Source: Verrucomicrobiales bacterium (GTDB lineage Bacteria; Verrucomicrobiota; Verrucomicrobiia; Verrucomicrobiales; V1-33). From it: a stretch of DNA of 64,000 nt. How positions within the stretch are numbered: the stretch's first letter is position 1; the number at the start of each line of letters is the position of its first letter. The position numbers and the translations under genes are program-made. The notes under the pieces are model-generated. The model was given only the letters and a program-made list of their open reading frames with translations, was not told the origin of the DNA and did no database searches. Below, piece after piece: positions 60,473-64,000 of the stretch. The DNA lies in assembly GCA_031411295.1 (NCBI GenBank), contig JANOAV010000134.1:69953-133952 (forward strand), read 5' to 3'.

Positions 60473-62728
60473 TCATGGTTTTACCTCCACGTTAAGTTCG
60501 ATGGACCATGGAGTTGCTTCGCCATTGAAGGTGCAGTTGGCGTTGAGCTTAGAGGCGTGAATGCCTGCGGGAGCGTCGGCGGCGGCTTCGATGATCAATT
60601 TCGCCTCGGCGGCTTCCTTGGGGACCGTGAGTTTGGCAGCGGTTAGGCCTTTGATGCCTGCGGGTGCAGCGAAATCCAGCGTCACTGCATCTGCAAAGCC
60701 GTAGCGTCGTTCGAGTTTCAGCGACAGTTCCAGTTTGGCTCCGGGCTCCAGCGTGACGGAGGCGGGTGCCGTTAGCAAAACGGGCGAGGCCGCGATTTTA
60801 ATTTGGATGGGGGCGGAATAGGCAGCGTCGGTTAGTTCCTGCACGGGGGCCTTGTCCGCTGGCTGCCACTTGACCACTCCGCGTGCGGTGGCATGGAAAA
60901 CATACGTTCCCGGCGTGAAGGCGTTACCGTCCTTGCGCTTTAAATCGAGCACCAGTTTGGCCTCTGCCGCATCTGCGGCGGGTTTGACGATGGGTGGCTT
61001 GTTCAGGCCGGGAAGCCCCATGAGGGACGATTGCCACTCGCCCTTGAATCCTTTGTGCGTGGCAGCACGGGTAAATTTCACAGGCACTTCGATGCTGCCT
61101 GCGAGCGAGGTTTCATAAACTTTCTGTTCCGCCGGCTCGATGGTTAGTGGCGCGACCTCTGCATCCGTCACGGCCAGCACGAGACCATCTTTGCTCATGC
61201 GAATGTCAGCGCGATCATTTCCACCAGTGCCGGTGGTCCAGCGCGGAACAGCCTCCGTGGCTGATTCCACCTTGTCTCCCGAGGTTCCCGTAAGCTTGAT
61301 GCGACCACTCCATGGCTTGGCATCCGGGGCCGCGCGGAGGATGAGGGAGGCCGTGGAAATGTTGGGAGGAAGGGTAACATCCGTCGTCGTGACGCCTTCG
61401 GGCAGACCTTCCACATGCAGGGTGATCGGCCCGTCGAATCCATCCTGACGCAGCACGGCCACCTGCACCAAGGCGCTGCCGCCCTTGCGCAGGAAGGGAC
61501 TCCAGCGATGCACTGCGGCGGCGGCCGTGGCCGGACAGGCCGAGAATGCGATGACCGAAAACCGTGGCAGCGGGTCCCGCAACACTAACTGCCATGGACG
61601 ATTGGCTTTGAACCGGTCACTGAGTCGCAGCCGGTTAATGCTGCCGTCCGTGCAGACGATGGTGCCTGAGGGATCGCGACTGCCCAGCTGCATCGTTTCT
61701 GCGCCCGTGGCACCAGCCGTGTCATCAAACTCCGCCACCCGCTCGCTCTTTTCCTGACCGTCAGGGGTGCGGGTGATTTTCATGACTTGCATGATCCAGT
61801 CGGTTGGTTCGCCATTGCGATGACTCATGACTTCCACCACGACCTTGCGATCCTTCTCCCCCGTAAACTCCACCCAATCCTGATTGGAAGGAGGACAGCT
61901 CTGGATGGAATTGAAGCTCACTTTGTGAGCCTCCGCTGCGCTGGTCGCAGCTTTGGTGATCGTTTCACTTTTCACAGGCTGCTTAATTTCAGCGACTGCA
62001 CCAGCGCTGGAGACCGTTGGGATTGCGGCGGCTGCGGCATCAGCCGTCGCATTGATGGTCAGCCGGTAAACATTGGCTGGCCCCCCCTGCCAGACGATGT
62101 CGTGGACCTTCACGAAGAAGTCGCCCGCCGCTGGGGCCGCAAACTCAAGCGCAGCATCATTTCCATGCGTCCGATGAGCGAACGCAAGTTCACGTCCGGC
62201 AGAATCCAATATCGTCAGCACCGCGTTGAGTGGCGAATCAATCCGCTGGGCTGCGCAGGAAATAGTGAAGCGTTGTCCGGCCGCGGCAGTGAAACGGAAG
62301 AAGTCCGCCGCATCTGCTCCGGCCGTGCCGTTGATCGTGACCGGCGGAGTGACTGCGAATGCCTTTTCCAGTGTGTTGTTGGAGTCCGGCTCCGACACTT
62401 CCGGCAGGCTGCCACCGGCAAACAAGCGACTGGCAGAAATCCCATAACGCCCGCCAACCCTCATTTCATAAAGCCCCGGAGCGATGCCAGTGCTGGCAGT
62501 CACTTTGAATTTCAAGGCTTCTCCATAAACCGCAGAGAGCCCCGGTTCACTGAACAGCAAGCGGTCCGCGCCCTCCAAGCTTTGGCCCGTCAGGGAAACT
62601 TCCGTTTCCGTGCCAGCCTTCATGCCGGGGGGAAAGACGGCATCCAAGCGTGCCATGGGCAACTGGGCTGCAGCGGGAAACAACAGCCCAATCTGACAGA
62701 CGAGGGAAGCAAGCGTTCGCTTTAGCAT
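60473..62728 (-). CDS. PVC-type secreted PPC-domain protein
   Basis: Signal peptide, VFPPGMKAGT, EPDSNNT and DFFRF...IDSPLNAVL; typical neighbour of DUF1549/1553 genes. Confidence 0.8.
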   Translation of the reverse strand: MLKRTLASLVCQIGLLFPAAAQLPMARLDAVFPPGMKAGTETEVSLTGQSLEGADRLLFSEPGLSAVYGEALKFKVTASTGIAPGLYEMRVGGRYGISASRLFAGGSLPEVSEPDSNNTLEKAFAVTPPVTINGTAGADAADFFRFTAAAGQRFTISCAAQRIDSPLNAVLTILDSAGRELAFAHRTHGNDAALEFAAPAAGDFFVKVHDIVWQGGPANVYRLTINATADAAAAAIPTVSSAGAVAEIKQPVKSETITKAATSAAEAHKVSFNSIQSCPPSNQDWVEFTGEKDRKVVVEVMSHRNGEPTDWIMQVMKITRTPDGQEKSERVAEFDDTAGATGAETMQLGSRDPSGTIVCTDGSINRLRLSDRFKANRPWQLVLRDPLPRFSVIAFSACPATAAAAVHRWSPFLRKGGSALVQVAVLRQDGFDGPITLHVEGLPEGVTTTDVTLPPNISTASLILRAAPDAKPWSGRIKLTGTSGDKVESATEAVPRWTTGTGGNDRADIRMSKDGLVLAVTDAEVAPLTIEPAEQKVYETSLAGSIEVPVKFTRAATHKGFKGEWQSSLMGLPGLNKPPIVKPAADAAEAKLVLDLKRKDGNAFTPGTYVFHATARGVVKWQPADKAPVQELTDAAYSAPIQIKIAASPVLLTAPASVTLEPGAKLELSLKLERRYGFADAVTLDFAAPAGIKGLTAAKLTVPKEAAEAKLIIEAAADAPAGIHASKLNANCTFNGEATPWSIELNVEVKP

Positions 62729-62736
62729 CTGCAGCG

Positions 62737-64000
62737 TTAATGGTTAAAGAGGAATTCCTTGGTGTTCAGCAGCGCCCAGACCATGTCTTCCCACGCTGCC
62801 GGCTCGCCTTTTTTGCGGGTGATGTATTCCACGGCCTTGGTGGATTCGCCTGGCTCCGGTGGCCGGCCGTAGGCCATGACGAAGAGTTGGCGCACGCGAT
62901 CCTCCACCGGGCCAGCGTCTTTGGCTAACAATGCAGGCCGACTCGTGGCGGCGGTGAGTTTTTCCTGAATACCCTTGGAGTTCAGCAGGTGCAAACTCTG
63001 CGCCAGACTGCTGTCCTGCGTGCGCTCACATTCACAGGCGCTGGTATTTTCCGGGCGTCCGAACACGGTTAGGAAGTAACTTCCCTTGTTGAAGCTATCG
63101 TCCGGCAGAGCCACCGCCCGACGTTCGACGGGCTGGCCCGGGAAACGTGAGGCAAGTCCAGACACGCTGTCGATGGCATCCAGCAGGACTTCAGCCTGCA
63201 AGCGACGTGGATAGAACCTGCTGAAATTCTGCCGGTCGGTGGCGTTGTGCTCATTGGGCAGGCTGGAGAGTTGATACGTCGTGCTGGTGCAGATGGTGCG
63301 AATGAACGCCTTCATGTCGTAACCGCTCTTGGTGAAATTTGCCGTCAGGGCCTCCATCAGCGCAGGGTTCACTGGTGGGTTAGTGACCCGCAGATCATCC
63401 TCCGGCTCCACCAGCGCACGACCGAAGAAATGCTTCCAATAACGATTCGCAAACATTCGCGCAAAGAACGGATTCTCAGGTGCCGTGAGCCATGCGGCCA
63501 GCGCAGTGCGGGGATCGTCCTGCGGCTCCAGTGCGAGGGTTTTGCCGCCCAGCGGAGTGGGCTTTACTGGTTTGCCCGTGCGCGGATTTTGCGCTGAAGC
63601 CTCCGTCCATTGGTGAAATACAGCCTCCTCTGCCGGTTGATCGGAAGCCTTGCGACCCACGGTGGAGAAGAACGCCGCGAAACCAAAGTAGTCCTGCTGG
63701 CTCCACTTCTCATACGGATGATGATGGCACTGCGCGCATTGCAATCGCTGACCGCAGAAGACTTGCGCGATGTCCTGCATTTCATCCTGCGGCTTCGGCA
63801 CCGTGCTATACCACGCCACGGCGGGAGCGGTGCTGACGGTGCCAGCGGCGGTCACCAAACCACTGGCCAGCTCGCTGTAAGGCCGGTTCCGATTGATGCC
63901 ATCCCGCAGCCATGAGTAGAACGCCTGCGTGCCATAAGCCGGGCGCGCTCCGCGTTTGTTGCGCAGCAGAGCGGACCATTTGGAGGCGAAATATTCGGCA
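62737..64000 (-). CDS. DUF1549/DUF1553 domain protein, 3' part; extends beyond the window
   Basis: LQCAQCHHHP, NPFFARMFANRYW, RRLQAEVLLD and WALLNTKEFLFNH; frame open to 64000. Confidence 0.9.
   Translation of the reverse strand, partial: AEYFASKWSALLRNKRGARPAYGTQAFYSWLRDGINRNRPYSELASGLVTAAGTVSTAPAVAWYSTVPKPQDEMQDIAQVFCGQRLQCAQCHHHPYEKWSQQDYFGFAAFFSTVGRKASDQPAEEAVFHQWTEASAQNPRTGKPVKPTPLGGKTLALEPQDDPRTALAAWLTAPENPFFARMFANRYWKHFFGRALVEPEDDLRVTNPPVNPALMEALTANFTKSGYDMKAFIRTICTSTTYQLSSLPNEHNATDRQNFSRFYPRRLQAEVLLDAIDSVSGLASRFPGQPVERRAVALPDDSFNKGSYFLTVFGRPENTSACECERTQDSSLAQSLHLLNSKGIQEKLTAATSRPALLAKDAGPVEDRVRQLFVMAYGRPPEPGESTKAVEYITRKKGEPAAWEDMVWALLNTKEFLFNH

Overview
Ordinary-looking chromosomal window, most likely from a Verrucomicrobiota (PVC-group) bacterium. 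This is inferred from PSCyt/DUF1592-DUF1552, DUF1549/1553, autotransporter-repeat and CotH/lamin-tail gene families. Housekeeping genes: glf, mnmA, rpsA, hemL, leuA, queF/queC, polA, lnt, and an IlvD-family dehydratase. An rtcB-rtcA RNA-repair operon has a complete sigma54 promoter architecture (paired palindromes, IHF box, -24/-12), but no rtcR lies in the window. There are three giant secreted proteins that share an unnamed C-terminal domain. Best candidates for undescribed biology: (1) a compact DUF2188 + TIR/NDT-like nucleotide-hydrolase cassette wedged between mnmA and rpsA, a possible defence or toxin-antitoxin module, fused to a small SPY/CPY domain; (2) the shared C-terminal putative sorting domain; (3) a small basic coiled-coil/winged-helix protein with H-NS/Rok-like layout; (4) a structured ~140-nt intergenic element between the DUF47 gene and mnmA; (5) three families of REP-like palindromes, one forming a nested ~275-bp inverted-repeat element. 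No rRNA, tRNA, CRISPR array or transposase was recognised. All family assignments come from motif recognition by eye; no database search was run.
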